A stretch of DNA of 13,505 nt from an uncultured Lachnospiraceae bacterium (GTDB taxonomy: Bacteria; Bacillota; Clostridia; Christensenellales; UBA1242), in assembly GCA_964437615.1 (NCBI GenBank), contig CAYTHL010000017.1:9995-23499 (forward strand), in the 5' to 3' direction. Position numbers and translations under genes: made by a program. Below are positions 1 to 9,172 of the stretch, piece after piece (position 1 is the stretch's first letter; every line of letters begins with the position of its first letter). The notes beneath the pieces were generated by a model. The model made no database searches, was not told where the DNA came from, and saw only the letters and a list, made by a program, of their open reading frames with translations.

Positions 1-653
1 ATATTTAAGTTTTCTTTTAGATAAATTTTGCTTGCATTTTCTCTAACTGATACGCTATCTATATTTTTTATTAACTCCATAAGCATGTTTTTATTATCTT
101 GCGATAAATTTAGGTTCCCCATGCTTGGGGCATAAGCAATTTTATATTTTTCATTTGCGCTAGCAAAGTTAAGAAAGAAGTTGTCATCATACTTGCCATT
201 AAAATAATAAGATGCCCAAATAACATCACTTTCGCAAATATAAACATCATAATCTAAATTTGCTTGTTTTAAAGTATCGTAGTTATATTTTGTGGTTGTT
301 AAGCTTAGGTTATCTTTAATAAATCTCTGAAATTTTTTAAATCTTGAGTTATACTTAGATTGAAAAAGAAAAATTATTGCACCCTTATAAAAATTTTTTA
401 AGCTTCCTTTTTTAAAATAATTTTTATAAGGATGTTTATAATTAAAATCTTTATAACTGACAGGAATATAATCAATAATATCACATTTATCAACTAAAGG
501 CTGCCGCTTTAAAAACTGTTGCATGGCATAAGAGTGTAACATTGCGCCGTAGTTTAAATCGGAAGTATTTACATTTAGACTAATTGTTGCTACCTTTAAT
601 TTTTTGCTTGGTAAACTGCTACTATTTTTATCATCTTTTGTTATGTCTTTCAC
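1..653 (-). CDS. polysaccharide pyruvyl transferase family protein (partial; C-terminal part lies beyond the window edge)
   Basis: Absent from the ORF track because it is open at the window edge. My minus-strand translation from GTG (653..651) is stop-free to position 1: VKDITKDDKNSSSLPSKKLKVATISLNVNTSDLNYGAMLHSYAMQQFLKRQPLVDKCDIIDYIP... GGAGAA lies 7 nt upstream of the GTG and overlaps the uppS stop. The N-terminal NYGAML-SYA-QQFL pattern is typical of PS_pyruv_trans (PF04230)-type enzymes. Confidence 0.55.
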   Translation of the reverse strand, partial: MKDITKDDKNSSSLPSKKLKVATISLNVNTSDLNYGAMLHSYAMQQFLKRQPLVDKCDIIDYIPVSYKDFNYKHPYKNYFKKGSLKNFYKGAIIFLFQSKYNSRFKKFQRFIKDNLSLTTTKYNYDTLKQANLDYDVYICESDVIWASYYFNGKYDDNFFLNFASANEKYKIAYAPSMGNLNLSQDNKNMLMELIKNIDSVSVRENASKIYLKENLN

Positions 654-663
654 CGCTATTCTC

Positions 664-1365
664 CTATTTTTCTATTGCGCCAAAACGGCGGTCGCGACTT
701 TGATATTCTAAAAGGGCTTGCTTTATATCTTTCTTTTTAAAGTCTGGCCAAAGAGTTTTGCAAAAATAAAGTTCGGCATAAGCTGCTTGCCATAGCATAA
801 AGTTGCTTAGTCTTTGCTCGCCGCCGGTGCGCACAATTAGGTCTAGTGGGGGTTGGCCATTTGTGTATAAATACTTATCTATATCTTGCTCTGTGACATT
901 TTTTAAATTGGCATCAAGCATTAAATTTATGGCGCGCGTTATTTCTTGTTTGCCGCTATAATTTACGCAAAAATTGAGCGTATGTGCTGTAATGTGCTTA
1001 GTTTCCTCCATAATCTCCACCACTTTTTTAGAAATATCTTCCGGAAATTTTGTATGGTCGCCCATTACATTTAGTCTAACATCTGGATATTTTTTTTGCA
1101 AATCTTTGTTTAAGTAATGTCTAAAAATTTTAATTAAGTAATCTATTTCGGCTTGTGGGCGGTTCCAGTTTTCGGTAGAAAAAGCATAAACACTTACACT
1201 TTTTATGCCATATTTGTAAAAACATTCTTTAACTACTAAATCTAGCGTTTTTTTGCCAGCATTGTGCCCCATAGACCTAACAAGCCCACGCTGTTTTGCC
1301 CACCTACCATTGCCGTCCATAATAAAGCCAATATGATCTGGCACCTTTAGTATCTGCTGTTTCAT
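664..1365 (-). CDS. uppS: undecaprenyl diphosphate synthase (cis-isoprenyl transferase)
   Basis: Motifs HIGFIMDGNGRWA, FSTENWNRP and RTGGEQRLSNFMLWQAAYAELYF. I start at the internal ATG 1365 (MKQQILK...), which has GGAGG about 6 nt upstream. The longer track ORF to 1443 would overlap the upstream gene. Confidence 0.95.
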   Translation of the reverse strand: MKQQILKVPDHIGFIMDGNGRWAKQRGLVRSMGHNAGKKTLDLVVKECFYKYGIKSVSVYAFSTENWNRPQAEIDYLIKIFRHYLNKDLQKKYPDVRLNVMGDHTKFPEDISKKVVEIMEETKHITAHTLNFCVNYSGKQEITRAINLMLDANLKNVTEQDIDKYLYTNGQPPLDLIVRTGGEQRLSNFMLWQAAYAELYFCKTLWPDFKKKDIKQALLEYQSRDRRFGAIEK

Positions 1366-1384
1366 GAAGCCTCCAAAATTTATA

Positions 1385-2200
1385 CTAATTAGATTCTTTT
1401 TCTTGTGTACTACTGTGTAATTTTGGCTGATAGTTAAGTACACTATTGTTTGCAGCTAATTGTTTTGCCATGTCTGTGCCAAGGTCGTACTGCTGCTTAG
1501 TAATTTTGCCCGAATTTAGTAGATAATCCTTATATAGACCTTTGCCGCCCGTTTCTGCACCATTTTCAGCCCCGCCAAACATCGCAAAAGGTGTTTTTAA
1601 AATTATCCACAAATCTCTAAAAAAAGTTACCTTTTGCATGTATTTTCTATCTATTTCAAAGGTATCTTCCCAGCTAGCCTTAGACCTGCCACCGCTTACC
1701 TGATCTAGCCCAGTAAGCCCAGGACGTACCCCATATGTTTCAAGTGCCGCTTCGTCGTAAAAGATAACATCTACAAGCATGCGCGGACGCGGCCCCACTA
1801 TACTCATATCGCCTTTTAAAATGTTAAACAGCTGCGGAAGTTCGTCTATGCTGGTTTTGCGCAAAAATTTGCCAAACTTAGTTATGCGCAAATTGTCTGG
1901 CAGCAAATTGCCGTTTTCGTCTGTTTTGTTGGTCATACTTCTAAACTTGTATAACTTAAATACCTTACCGTCTTTGCCCGGCCTATACTGAACAAAAATG
2001 GCTTTGCCGCCGCCTATAAATATTTTATGTAAAACCCAAGTAATAAGTAGCAACGGCGACAGAATTATTATTGCCAGCAAGGACAAAACAAAATCAAAAA
2101 AACGCTTGAAAACCAGCTGATACAGTGTTTTACGCTGCTTTTTTGCAGGTTTTTGTTGTATCTGAGTATTTTCTACTGATATTTTTTCTTTTTTCTTCAT
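1385..2200 (-). CDS. undecaprenyl-phosphate sugar phosphotransferase (small 'bacterial sugar transferase' family, WbaP/EpsL-like)
   Basis: One N-terminal TM segment (FDFVLSLLAIIILSPLLLITWVL), then KFRSM and SIDELPQLFNILKGDMSIVGPRP, the hallmark of the Bac_transf family. ATG 2200 (MKKKEK) has an AGGGG SD-like site. The track start at 2221 is a GTG with no SD. Confidence 0.9.
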   Translation of the reverse strand: MKKKEKISVENTQIQQKPAKKQRKTLYQLVFKRFFDFVLSLLAIIILSPLLLITWVLHKIFIGGGKAIFVQYRPGKDGKVFKLYKFRSMTNKTDENGNLLPDNLRITKFGKFLRKTSIDELPQLFNILKGDMSIVGPRPRMLVDVIFYDEAALETYGVRPGLTGLDQVSGGRSKASWEDTFEIDRKYMQKVTFFRDLWIILKTPFAMFGGAENGAETGGKGLYKDYLLNSGKITKQQYDLGTDMAKQLAANNSVLNYQPKLHSSTQEKESN

Positions 2201-2239
2201 TATTACCCCTAAGCTGGTCACAAATTTATGTATGTAGGT

Positions 2240-2268
2240 ATATTATCATAATATTTAAACAAAAACAA
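2240..2268 (-). promoter_or_regulatory. candidate promoter of the sugar transferase-uppS-pyruvyl transferase operon
   Basis: On the minus strand: TTGTTT (2268..2263), 17 nt spacer, TGaTAATAT extended -10 (TAATAT = 2245..2240). Confidence 0.35.
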
Positions 2269-2351
2269 GTGAAACTAAAAAATTTGCTAAAAATATATTT
2301 ATTTTTTGCAAAATTGTATCTAAATAACATATTTTTATGCAATAAAAAATC

Positions 2352-2789
2352 TTAACTAAATAAATATTTCTGCTCAGCGCTAGAAAATTTCAGTTTTTTT
2401 GCAAGAGGCGGCAGCAGTTCTATAGACTGCTTTAGACAGTTTAAATTTTTTATAAGCGTTTTCTTAGTCGGCTTGCTACTGCCATTAGAGTTTATAAAAA
2501 AATCTTTGTTTTCTACTTGGCTGCACATTAACCAAAAAGATGCATCCATTAGCCCTAGCCTAAATATCATTTGCTTACACATTTTTAGATGTTTAGCGCA
2601 AAGAGTTTCTGCCTTTTTGCAAATATCTAAAAGCCATTTTTCGGTGCCATTGGTTGCCCAATACTTAAACCAATAATCTAGGCGGACAAAAAGTAAATAT
2701 ACATCTATTAAAGACAATTTTAGCTTACTAATGGCCCCGCCCTCCAAATTTCTAGATGCTAAATTATACGCAGTCAAAATTAAAATCAT
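2352..2789 (-). CDS. hypothetical protein (145 aa), coding status uncertain
   Basis: A long stop-free frame in AT-rich DNA argues for a real gene. However, there is no SD before ATG 2789, which sits about 5 nt after the upstream terminator T-tract, and I recognise no motif. Confidence 0.35.
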   Translation of the reverse strand: MILILTAYNLASRNLEGGAISKLKLSLIDVYLLFVRLDYWFKYWATNGTEKWLLDICKKAETLCAKHLKMCKQMIFRLGLMDASFWLMCSQVENKDFFINSNGSSKPTKKTLIKNLNCLKQSIELLPPLAKKLKFSSAEQKYLFS

Positions 2790-2793
2790 ACAT

Positions 2794-2825
2794 AAAAAAT
2801 GGCAATGACATTTGTAATCATTGCC
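2794..2825 (-). terminator. intrinsic terminator after the membrane-protein gene
   Basis: GGCAATGA (2801-2808) and TCATTGCC (2818-2825) form an 8-bp stem with a 9-nt loop. On the minus strand this is followed by ATTTTTT (2800..2794). Confidence 0.6.
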
Positions 2826-2850
2826 AATCTATCTACTTTGTTTTTTTGCG

Positions 2851-3825
2851 CTAAGTTGTTGATTCTTTGGGCGGTTTGCTGCTTGTGTTTTCCATAGACG
2901 CGTCACTTTCTGCTAGTGATCGCTCGCCAGATTTAGATTGGCTAGGCGTATCGACACATGCGGCTTGCTCGGAAACATTAGCACTGCTGCCAGTTGAGTC
3001 ATCTTTTGTTAGTGTTGGCACCAACTTATTGTAAAGCCACTTTTTCTTTCCGCATAGCCAGCTGATGCTAATTAGCACACAGGAGCCAACGGTAGATACT
3101 GTGCACCAAATAATATCCCACATGGTGTCGATGATGCCAATATCTAGGTACCCGCCCTCGATAGTATAAATTATATTTCCGGACGCATCATAAAGCACGG
3201 TTTTGGCAATGCCGTCTATCATTTCAGTGTGCAAATGGTCGTATTCGGGATACAAATAAAACGACCTTATAGAGTTGACAATTGTATCCTCTTGCATGTC
3301 GTAGCTAGGGTTGGTCTGGTCCATAGTAAATTCAAATAGTTCCCAAGCCACTGCCATAATCATGCTAAAACCAATGGCAAACAAAATGCATGCAAAAAAC
3401 TGCTTTTTTGTTTTTGGCTCGCCAATAAACACCTTCATTATTGCAATACCTAGCAGAACAAAGAATACCCCAAAAATAGCATGAGAAATGTTGTCTAGGT
3501 CTGGAATATATGTATAAACATTGTAGCACGCCCCAATAAAGCCGCTAAGAATAAAGACATAAAGCACAAAGGCAAAAAATGTTGGACACTTTATCTTTAA
3601 ATAATACTCCACCACATAAAATGCTGGCACTACTAGAAAATAGCAAATGCACAAAGCAATATCTCTGCTTCTACCAACTATGCAAAAATATATTGCCGAA
3701 CCCAAGCAAAATGCACCAAAAATAAAGGTTATTATTGCAAGAGGTATATTATTTTTAGTTCTATCTACAAAATAATGCCACAGCCCAGAAATTTGCCTGC
3801 CTATAAATTTAAAAAATTTCTTCAT
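2851..3825 (-). CDS. polytopic integral membrane protein with Ser/Thr/Pro-rich C-terminal tail, family unassigned
   Basis: About 7 hydrophobic segments fall in the first 250 aa. Possible conserved motifs are NISHAIFG, AWELFEF and DTMWDIIW. The tail is hydrophilic (TKDDSTGSSANVSEQ...SKPPKESTT). AAGGA SD precedes ATG 3825. Confidence 0.8.
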   Translation of the reverse strand: MKKFFKFIGRQISGLWHYFVDRTKNNIPLAIITFIFGAFCLGSAIYFCIVGRSRDIALCICYFLVVPAFYVVEYYLKIKCPTFFAFVLYVFILSGFIGACYNVYTYIPDLDNISHAIFGVFFVLLGIAIMKVFIGEPKTKKQFFACILFAIGFSMIMAVAWELFEFTMDQTNPSYDMQEDTIVNSIRSFYLYPEYDHLHTEMIDGIAKTVLYDASGNIIYTIEGGYLDIGIIDTMWDIIWCTVSTVGSCVLISISWLCGKKKWLYNKLVPTLTKDDSTGSSANVSEQAACVDTPSQSKSGERSLAESDASMENTSSKPPKESTT

Positions 3826-3871
3826 AACTTTATCCTTTATTGTATAATACGCTAAACACTTCTAAAATGCA

Positions 3872-3900
3872 ATTTTAGTTATAAGTATATAATTTGTCAA
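3872..3900 (-). promoter_or_regulatory. promoter of the membrane-protein gene
   Basis: On the minus strand: TTGACA (3900..3895), 17 nt spacer, TAAAAT (3877..3872). It lies 18 nt after the xfp stop. Confidence 0.5.
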
Positions 3901-3918
3901 GTTAATAAAAAATATTTC

Positions 3919-6282
3919 TTAAATTTTGGCATTGTAGCTCCACGACGCAATTTCTGGCATATCTACTCCATGCTCTACAATGTATTCGCCGTGCGCTTGT
4001 AGTTTCTGCTCCATTTCTTTTATAACTTTTGCCCTTGTGGCTGGTGCTATCTTTACCGCCCGAGCAATTTGCATAAGCAAATGAAATCTGTCTATCTGGT
4101 TGCGGACACGCATATCAAAGCTAGTGGTAATTGTACCCTCCTCTTTGTACCCGTAAACATCAAAATTTTTGTTCTTGCGTCCGTAAACAAGCTGCTTAAT
4201 TAGCCCCGCATAGCCATGAAAATTAAATAATACTGGCTTGTCAGTGGTAAAAATGGCGTCAAACTGTTCGTCAGTTAGCCCGTCCGGGTGGACATCTTTT
4301 GTAGTTAAAGTAAACAGATTAAGTACATTTACAAACCTTATGCTAATATTTGGCAAATATTTTTTTGCAAGTTCCACAGTTGCCACAGCCTCGGCAGTTG
4401 GAGTATCTCCGCAGCACGCCAAAACTATGTCTGGATTATTTGCATCGCCAGTGCAAGCCCATTGCCACACCCCAATTCCGTCTTTTACAAGTTGCTTAGC
4501 TTGCTGCATATTTAGCCACTGATATGTTGGGTGCTTGCTTGCCGTTATTACATTTATTTGGTTTTTGCTTTTTGTGGCTTTGTCAAAGGTTGCAATAAGC
4601 GTGTTTGCGTCTGCCGGCAAATAAATTTTAACAACGCTTGGTGCTTTGCTCGCCATATGGTCCAAAAATCCCGGGTCTTGATGAGTGTAGCCATTATGGT
4701 CTTGCTGCCAAACATTGCTAGTTAGCACCAAATTTAAGCTACTAATTGGCTTACGCCATGGCAAAGTTTGCGCCACTTTAAGCCATTTGCAGTGCTGCGC
4801 CACCATGCTATCTACAACACGTATAAATGCCTCATAACTGTTAAACATTCCATGTCTGCCGGTAAGCAAATAGCCCTCTAACCAGCCCTCGCAAGCATGT
4901 TCGCTTAAATAACTGTCCATAATTCTGCCGCTATTAGACAAACTAACATCGGTAGAAATTATTGGCTCTTCAAAAGTTCTGTTTTCGGCTTCAAATTGCT
5001 GATAAAGCCTGTTACTCATGGCCTCGTCTGGGCTAAAAGTGCGGTAATTTTGATTGTCTTTGTTTAGTTCAAACAGTCTTTTTATATACCCCCCTAGGGC
5101 AAACATATCCTGCTCTTTTACACTGCCCGGACGCGGTACATTAACAGCAACATCACTAAGTTTAGGCGTAATTATTTCTTTAAGTAGCTTGCCGCCGTTA
5201 GCATGCGGATTTGCTGCTATGCGCTTATCTCCCTTTGGCAAAATTGCACTAATGTGAGGTTTAAGTTTATAGTCGTCGCCAAATAGCTCGTTAGGTTTGT
5301 AGCTTTTTAGCCATTCTTCTAGCAACGCTAAATGCTCGGGCTTGGTCATGCTAATTGGTATTTGATGCGCCCTAAAATGCCCTTCAACTTTATTACCATC
5401 CACCACTTTTGGGCCAGTCCAACCCTTAGGTGTGCGCAAGATAATCATTGGCCAAAGCGGCACTCCACTAATTTTTTTGCTCCTTGCCAAATTCCATATA
5501 GCGTGGATTTTTTCTACACACTTATCCATAGCTTCTGCCATAAGCCTGTGCATCTTTTTGGGGTCGTCGCCTTCCACCAAAATTGGCTGATAGCCATATC
5601 CCTCAAATAGCCTTAGTAGCTGCTCTTTTGGCATTCTAGAAAGCACCGTTGGGTTTGAGATTTTGTAGCCATTTAAGTGTAAAATTGGCAAAACTGCGCC
5701 GTCCCTTGCAGGGTTAACAAACTTATTGCTATGCCAACTGGTAGCAAGAGGCCCCGTTTCAGCCTCGCCATCGCCCACTATTACCACCGCAATTAGGTTT
5801 GGATTATCAAAAATTGCACCATATCCGTGCGCCAAACTGTAGCCAAGTTCTCCGCCCTCGTTTATGCTGCCCGGAGTTTCGGGTGCAACATGGCTGGGGA
5901 TGCCGCCAGCAAAAGAGAACTGCTTGCAAAGCCTAGTAAGCCCCGCCTTGTTTTGCCCAACCTTTGGATAGTACTCGCTGTAAGTACCCTCTAAATAGCA
6001 GTTTGCCACAAAAAAGTTTCCGCCATGACCCGGCCCAGATAGCAAAATTAGGTCTTGATTATACTTAGTTATAACTCTATTTGCATGTGCATAAACAAAG
6101 TTTTGCCCAGCACAAGTTCCCCAATGCCCCACTGGTTTGCTTTTTATATGTTCTGGCTTTAACGGCTCTTTAAGTAGCGGATTATCCTTTAAATATAGCT
6201 GCGCAACAGTAAGATAGTTAGCCGCCCTAAAATACTCGTCCAAGGTTTCTAGATATTCGTTAGATAAATATGCGTCTTTCAT
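3919..6282 (-). CDS. xfp: xylulose-5-phosphate/fructose-6-phosphate phosphoketolase
   Basis: 787 aa. The N-terminus is the typical YFRAANYLTVAQLYLKDNPLL. Also present are GHWGT, EGGELGY and the ThDP-binding VGDGEAETGPLATSWH...LNGYKI motif. AAGGAG SD precedes the start. Confidence 0.97.
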   Translation of the reverse strand: MKDAYLSNEYLETLDEYFRAANYLTVAQLYLKDNPLLKEPLKPEHIKSKPVGHWGTCAGQNFVYAHANRVITKYNQDLILLSGPGHGGNFFVANCYLEGTYSEYYPKVGQNKAGLTRLCKQFSFAGGIPSHVAPETPGSINEGGELGYSLAHGYGAIFDNPNLIAVVIVGDGEAETGPLATSWHSNKFVNPARDGAVLPILHLNGYKISNPTVLSRMPKEQLLRLFEGYGYQPILVEGDDPKKMHRLMAEAMDKCVEKIHAIWNLARSKKISGVPLWPMIILRTPKGWTGPKVVDGNKVEGHFRAHQIPISMTKPEHLALLEEWLKSYKPNELFGDDYKLKPHISAILPKGDKRIAANPHANGGKLLKEIITPKLSDVAVNVPRPGSVKEQDMFALGGYIKRLFELNKDNQNYRTFSPDEAMSNRLYQQFEAENRTFEEPIISTDVSLSNSGRIMDSYLSEHACEGWLEGYLLTGRHGMFNSYEAFIRVVDSMVAQHCKWLKVAQTLPWRKPISSLNLVLTSNVWQQDHNGYTHQDPGFLDHMASKAPSVVKIYLPADANTLIATFDKATKSKNQINVITASKHPTYQWLNMQQAKQLVKDGIGVWQWACTGDANNPDIVLACCGDTPTAEAVATVELAKKYLPNISIRFVNVLNLFTLTTKDVHPDGLTDEQFDAIFTTDKPVLFNFHGYAGLIKQLVYGRKNKNFDVYGYKEEGTITTSFDMRVRNQIDRFHLLMQIARAVKIAPATRAKVIKEMEQKLQAHGEYIVEHGVDMPEIASWSYNAKI

Positions 6283-6457
6283 AATTTCTCCTTATTTTTT
6301 TGCGTAATTTTTTTAATTTTTATGAACATTTTTAATATTTTATCCAAATTTGCAGTATAATAACATAATTTTTGCAGATTTTATTGATTTAATTGGCTAA
6401 ATTAATTAGTTTTTTGCTTATTTTTTGCAATTTAGATGTAAATTTGGTTAAATTTTG

Positions 6458-7723
6458 CTATTTTTTACCATTACTACGCAGTAAATTTGTTAAAGCAACA
6501 AGTATTCCAAGTTTGCCTTGGCTATAAGTTATCCCGCCTTGCATGTAGCAAATATATGGCTCTGTTAGCGGCCCGTCACAAGACAAATCTATGGTGCTGC
6601 CAGTGATAAAACTTCCACTTGCCATAACTTCTTCGTCGGGGTAACCCGGCATTGGAGCGGCCTCTGGCACAACAAAATTTTCTATTATCATACCCTTTTG
6701 CATACCTTGGCAAAACCCAACTAGTGCGTCCGCCGAGCCAAGCCGGATAGTTTGAATAATGTCGGTACGTTCTTCTAGCGGCGTTGGGCTAACATCATAG
6801 CCCAGTTTTTGTAGTAAAAAGCTTGCAAGCGTCATAGTTTTTAGGCTGCTTTCCACGGCACTTGGCGCATAATATAGGCCCATAAACATTTCACGATTGG
6901 TGTTTAAGTTGGCGCCAAGGTCTTTGCCTATCCCGGGTGCAGAAAATCTTTCGCTAACCTGCCAAACTAAGTCTTTTTTGCCAACAATGTATCCGCCAGT
7001 GCGCGTTATGCCGCCAGATAAATTTTTCATCAGCGAGCCAACTATAATATCTGCACCAACATGAGTTGGCTCTCTATCTTCTACAAAGTCACCATAGCAG
7101 TTGTCTACCAGCACAATAACGTTAGGGTCGGCAGCCTTAATAGCTTTTATAACCTTTTCTATTTTTTCTATGGTTAAGCTCTTTCGGCAAGCGTAGCCCC
7201 TAGACCGCTGAATAGCCATTAGGCTTACACCGCCACGCTTGATGCGGTTTACAATGGCCGCAATATCAAAGTCGTCGTCAACCAAATCTATCTGCTCGTA
7301 ATTTACCCCATGGGCGATAAGCGAATTTTTGCTCTTGCCGCTAATACCTATCATGGTAGTTAAACTATCGTATGGCCTGCCAGATATAGACACCATGGTG
7401 TCGCCAGGGCGCAACAGCCCAAAAAATGCCAGTGCCAGCGCATGCGTTCCGCTCATAATTTGCGGACGAACAAGGGCGTCTTCGGCACCAAAAAGCTGTG
7501 CATAAACTTGCTCTAACTTATCGCGTCCGCCGTCATAATATCCGTAGCCCGTAACCTCGGCAAAATCTGGGCTAGCAAGTCTGCAATCACCAAACGCTTT
7601 AATAACTTTGGCCATTATCGCCAAACTTGTCTGCTCGTATTTTTTAAAAACTGGGGCAAGCTCCTTTTCTGCCTCGTCCGCCATTTCTACCAACTTTTGA
7701 TCAATGTCTAGCCCTAAATACAT
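6458..7723 (-). CDS. PLP-dependent C-S lyase-like protein of the YnbB / 'aluminium resistance protein' (Met_gamma_lyase, PF06838) family
   Basis: It has the family-typical length and a GSLMKNLSGG motif with a candidate PLP lysine. Strings such as VTGYGYYDGGRDKLEQVYAQLFGAEDALVRPQI and SGTHALA also fit. I start at ATG 7723 (MYLGLD...), which has AAGGAG 6 nt upstream. The track start at 7741 is a TTG. Confidence 0.85.
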   Translation of the reverse strand: MYLGLDIDQKLVEMADEAEKELAPVFKKYEQTSLAIMAKVIKAFGDCRLASPDFAEVTGYGYYDGGRDKLEQVYAQLFGAEDALVRPQIMSGTHALALAFFGLLRPGDTMVSISGRPYDSLTTMIGISGKSKNSLIAHGVNYEQIDLVDDDFDIAAIVNRIKRGGVSLMAIQRSRGYACRKSLTIEKIEKVIKAIKAADPNVIVLVDNCYGDFVEDREPTHVGADIIVGSLMKNLSGGITRTGGYIVGKKDLVWQVSERFSAPGIGKDLGANLNTNREMFMGLYYAPSAVESSLKTMTLASFLLQKLGYDVSPTPLEERTDIIQTIRLGSADALVGFCQGMQKGMIIENFVVPEAAPMPGYPDEEVMASGSFITGSTIDLSCDGPLTEPYICYMQGGITYSQGKLGILVALTNLLRSNGKK

Positions 7724-7792
7724 AATATCTCCTTTGTGCAACTATTTTTTAGATATGTTTGCTTAAAAAACATAGCCTTTCTCTTACTCGGC

Positions 7793-7822
7793 ATTTTAGC
7801 ATGATTTTTGGTCATTTGTAAA
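7793..7822 (-). promoter_or_regulatory. candidate promoter of the YnbB-like gene
   Basis: On the minus strand: TTTACA (7822..7817), 18 nt spacer, TGcTAAAAT (TAAAAT = 7798..7793). Confidence 0.35.
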
Positions 7823-7952
7823 ACATTTTAGCCAACTTAACCAGCCCTACCGCAAAAAATAAAAAATTCTACCCTTTTCGCCCCCCCATTTTGCCCCAAA
7901 ATGCAAATACAAAATTGTTTATATATTTACAGTTAACTCAAAGTATGCAAAC

Positions 7953-7992
7953 AAAAAACAAAGCAACCAATTTTATGGTTGCTTTGTTTTTT
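7953..7992. terminator. bidirectional intrinsic terminator
   Basis: CAAAGCAACCA (7959-7969) pairs with TGGTTGCTTTG (7976-7986) across a 6-nt loop. A6 (7953-7958) and T6 (7987-7992) flank the stem, so a U-tail follows the hairpin on either strand. It sits 13 nt after the stop of the 379-aa gene. Confidence 0.8.
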
Positions 7993-8004
7993 ATCATAAC
8001 TTTG

Positions 8005-9144
8005 TTACAGCCCAAATATGTCTTCTTCGGTAAACACTTCGGCGGCGTTGCCAACCCCTGCCCGTTTTGAAATATTCAAAAGCTGTTTTTTTATTGGCGC
8101 TAAATTTTCTAGCGGCTCACACAACTCTATTATGGCGTCAATTTCTTCCTTAGCCACATAAACACTGTCAAATTTAGGGATTTTGCCGTTGGCACCAAAT
8201 ATGTAGTCACTTAAAATAACAGATAGCTTACCATTTCTATCAAATACACCTTCGTTAGATTTATCAATTCTGCTTATAAGTTTATTAAGTTCTCTGCAAA
8301 CCTCTAACGCCAATTGACTTTTGCCGTCAAGCTGCATGCAAGCATGTTCGTGTGCAGAAATAAGTTTTTGAATGCCACTGTTTTCTTCTGGCGATAGAGA
8401 AAGAGCATTTTTCTGCAACTCTATTTTGCATTTTCTTTGGCGAGATGCCAATATTTCCAGTCTTTTGCTCTCGGCTAGGGCAATGTCAGCTAGTTGCGAC
8501 AGTTCGGCTTTGCTAACTAAACAAATCCCGTCTATTGGTTGCAAACGCCAGTCTTTATTTTTAATTTTGCCACTTTTATAAACATTTATTAAACTTTTAC
8601 AAACCTTAATTTTTGCTTTAATTCTGTTATAAATAGGTAGGTAACCCATGTATTCTTCAGTGCAGTCTGCAAAAGCTTCGGACTTACCGTCTTTAGAAAA
8701 CTTACCAGTTTCCATATTGCGTTTACCTTGCAGTATAATGTTAATAATTTTGTCATCTACTATTGAGTGGCCTTTGCAATAATCTTCTTTATTTCCCATT
8801 TTGCCGCTAAAATATCTGCACCACGCTATAAAATCTTCTTCTAAACTTTTGTATAGCCCTTCATTTGATGCGCTTAATTTTTCTAAGTTTGCAAGATCCT
8901 CAGTAATTAAATCGTTGGTATGCAAAATAGCGGCATCACGCATTGCTTTGATATACTCTGCGCCTATTATTCCTGCGGATTTGCCTAACTTTTCAAAAAC
9001 TCTTTTTTGGTATTCGTTTAAAACCCAGTAAATTTGGTTAATTGTTTGCGACAACATAGCTTCACTATGTATCATTGCGATAATTTTTATGGCGTTATTG
9101 TTGCCGCCGTTTCCCCACATAGTTTCCACCGATGTATCTACCAT
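8005..9144 (-). CDS. hypothetical protein (379 aa), no recognisable family
   Basis: ATG 9144 (MVDTSVETMWGNGG...) has AAGGAGA about 5 nt upstream. The longer track ORF starts at a TTG and would run through the gene's own promoter. The protein is soluble, largely helical-looking and Cys-containing. Confidence 0.8.
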   Translation of the reverse strand: MVDTSVETMWGNGGNNNAIKIIAMIHSEAMLSQTINQIYWVLNEYQKRVFEKLGKSAGIIGAEYIKAMRDAAILHTNDLITEDLANLEKLSASNEGLYKSLEEDFIAWCRYFSGKMGNKEDYCKGHSIVDDKIINIILQGKRNMETGKFSKDGKSEAFADCTEEYMGYLPIYNRIKAKIKVCKSLINVYKSGKIKNKDWRLQPIDGICLVSKAELSQLADIALAESKRLEILASRQRKCKIELQKNALSLSPEENSGIQKLISAHEHACMQLDGKSQLALEVCRELNKLISRIDKSNEGVFDRNGKLSVILSDYIFGANGKIPKFDSVYVAKEEIDAIIELCEPLENLAPIKKQLLNISKRAGVGNAAEVFTEEDIFGL

Positions 9145-9172
9145 TTTTGTTCTCCTTTTAGTTATCGGTTGC

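Noticed and set aside
1366-1443. The N-terminal extensions of the track ORFs: uppS to 1443, the sugar transferase to 2221, the YnbB-like gene to 7741, the 379-aa gene to 9228 and metG from 9407.
   Set aside because: The sugar transferase, YnbB-like, 379-aa and metG extensions begin at GTG or TTG codons without an SD. All five overlap upstream genes, promoters or a terminator. Each internal ATG has a good SD and matches the family's usual N-terminus.
1779-1991. A 70-aa plus-strand ORF inside the sugar transferase gene. Similar cases are 8372-8581 and 8801-9031 (inside the 379-aa gene), 11107-11331 (inside metG), 13262-13444 (inside the 345-aa gene) and 2473-2676.
   Set aside because: All are antisense to better-supported genes, have no ribosome-binding sites and have implausible sequences.
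2125-2355. A 76-aa plus-strand ORF across the sugar-transferase start and promoter region.
   Set aside because: It is a low-complexity Phe/Leu/Ile frame of AT-rich intergenic DNA that overlaps a real gene start.
4238-5610. Four plus-strand ORFs (64-94 aa) inside the phosphoketolase gene.
   Set aside because: They are antisense shadow frames of a confidently identified 787-aa gene. They have no SD and a low-complexity, odd composition.
7841-7900. A C-rich run on the plus strand (CCCTACCGC...ACCCTTTTCGCCCCCCCATTTTGCCCC), which is G-tracts on the minus strand. It might be a G-quadruplex, a riboswitch or a phase-variable C7 tract.
   Set aside because: It lies upstream of the best promoter candidate for the YnbB-like gene. 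The fourth G-tract is 24 nt away, and no adjacent terminator or expression platform or known riboswitch motif is recognisable. A 7-nt homopolymer outside a coding or spacer region has no obvious switch function.
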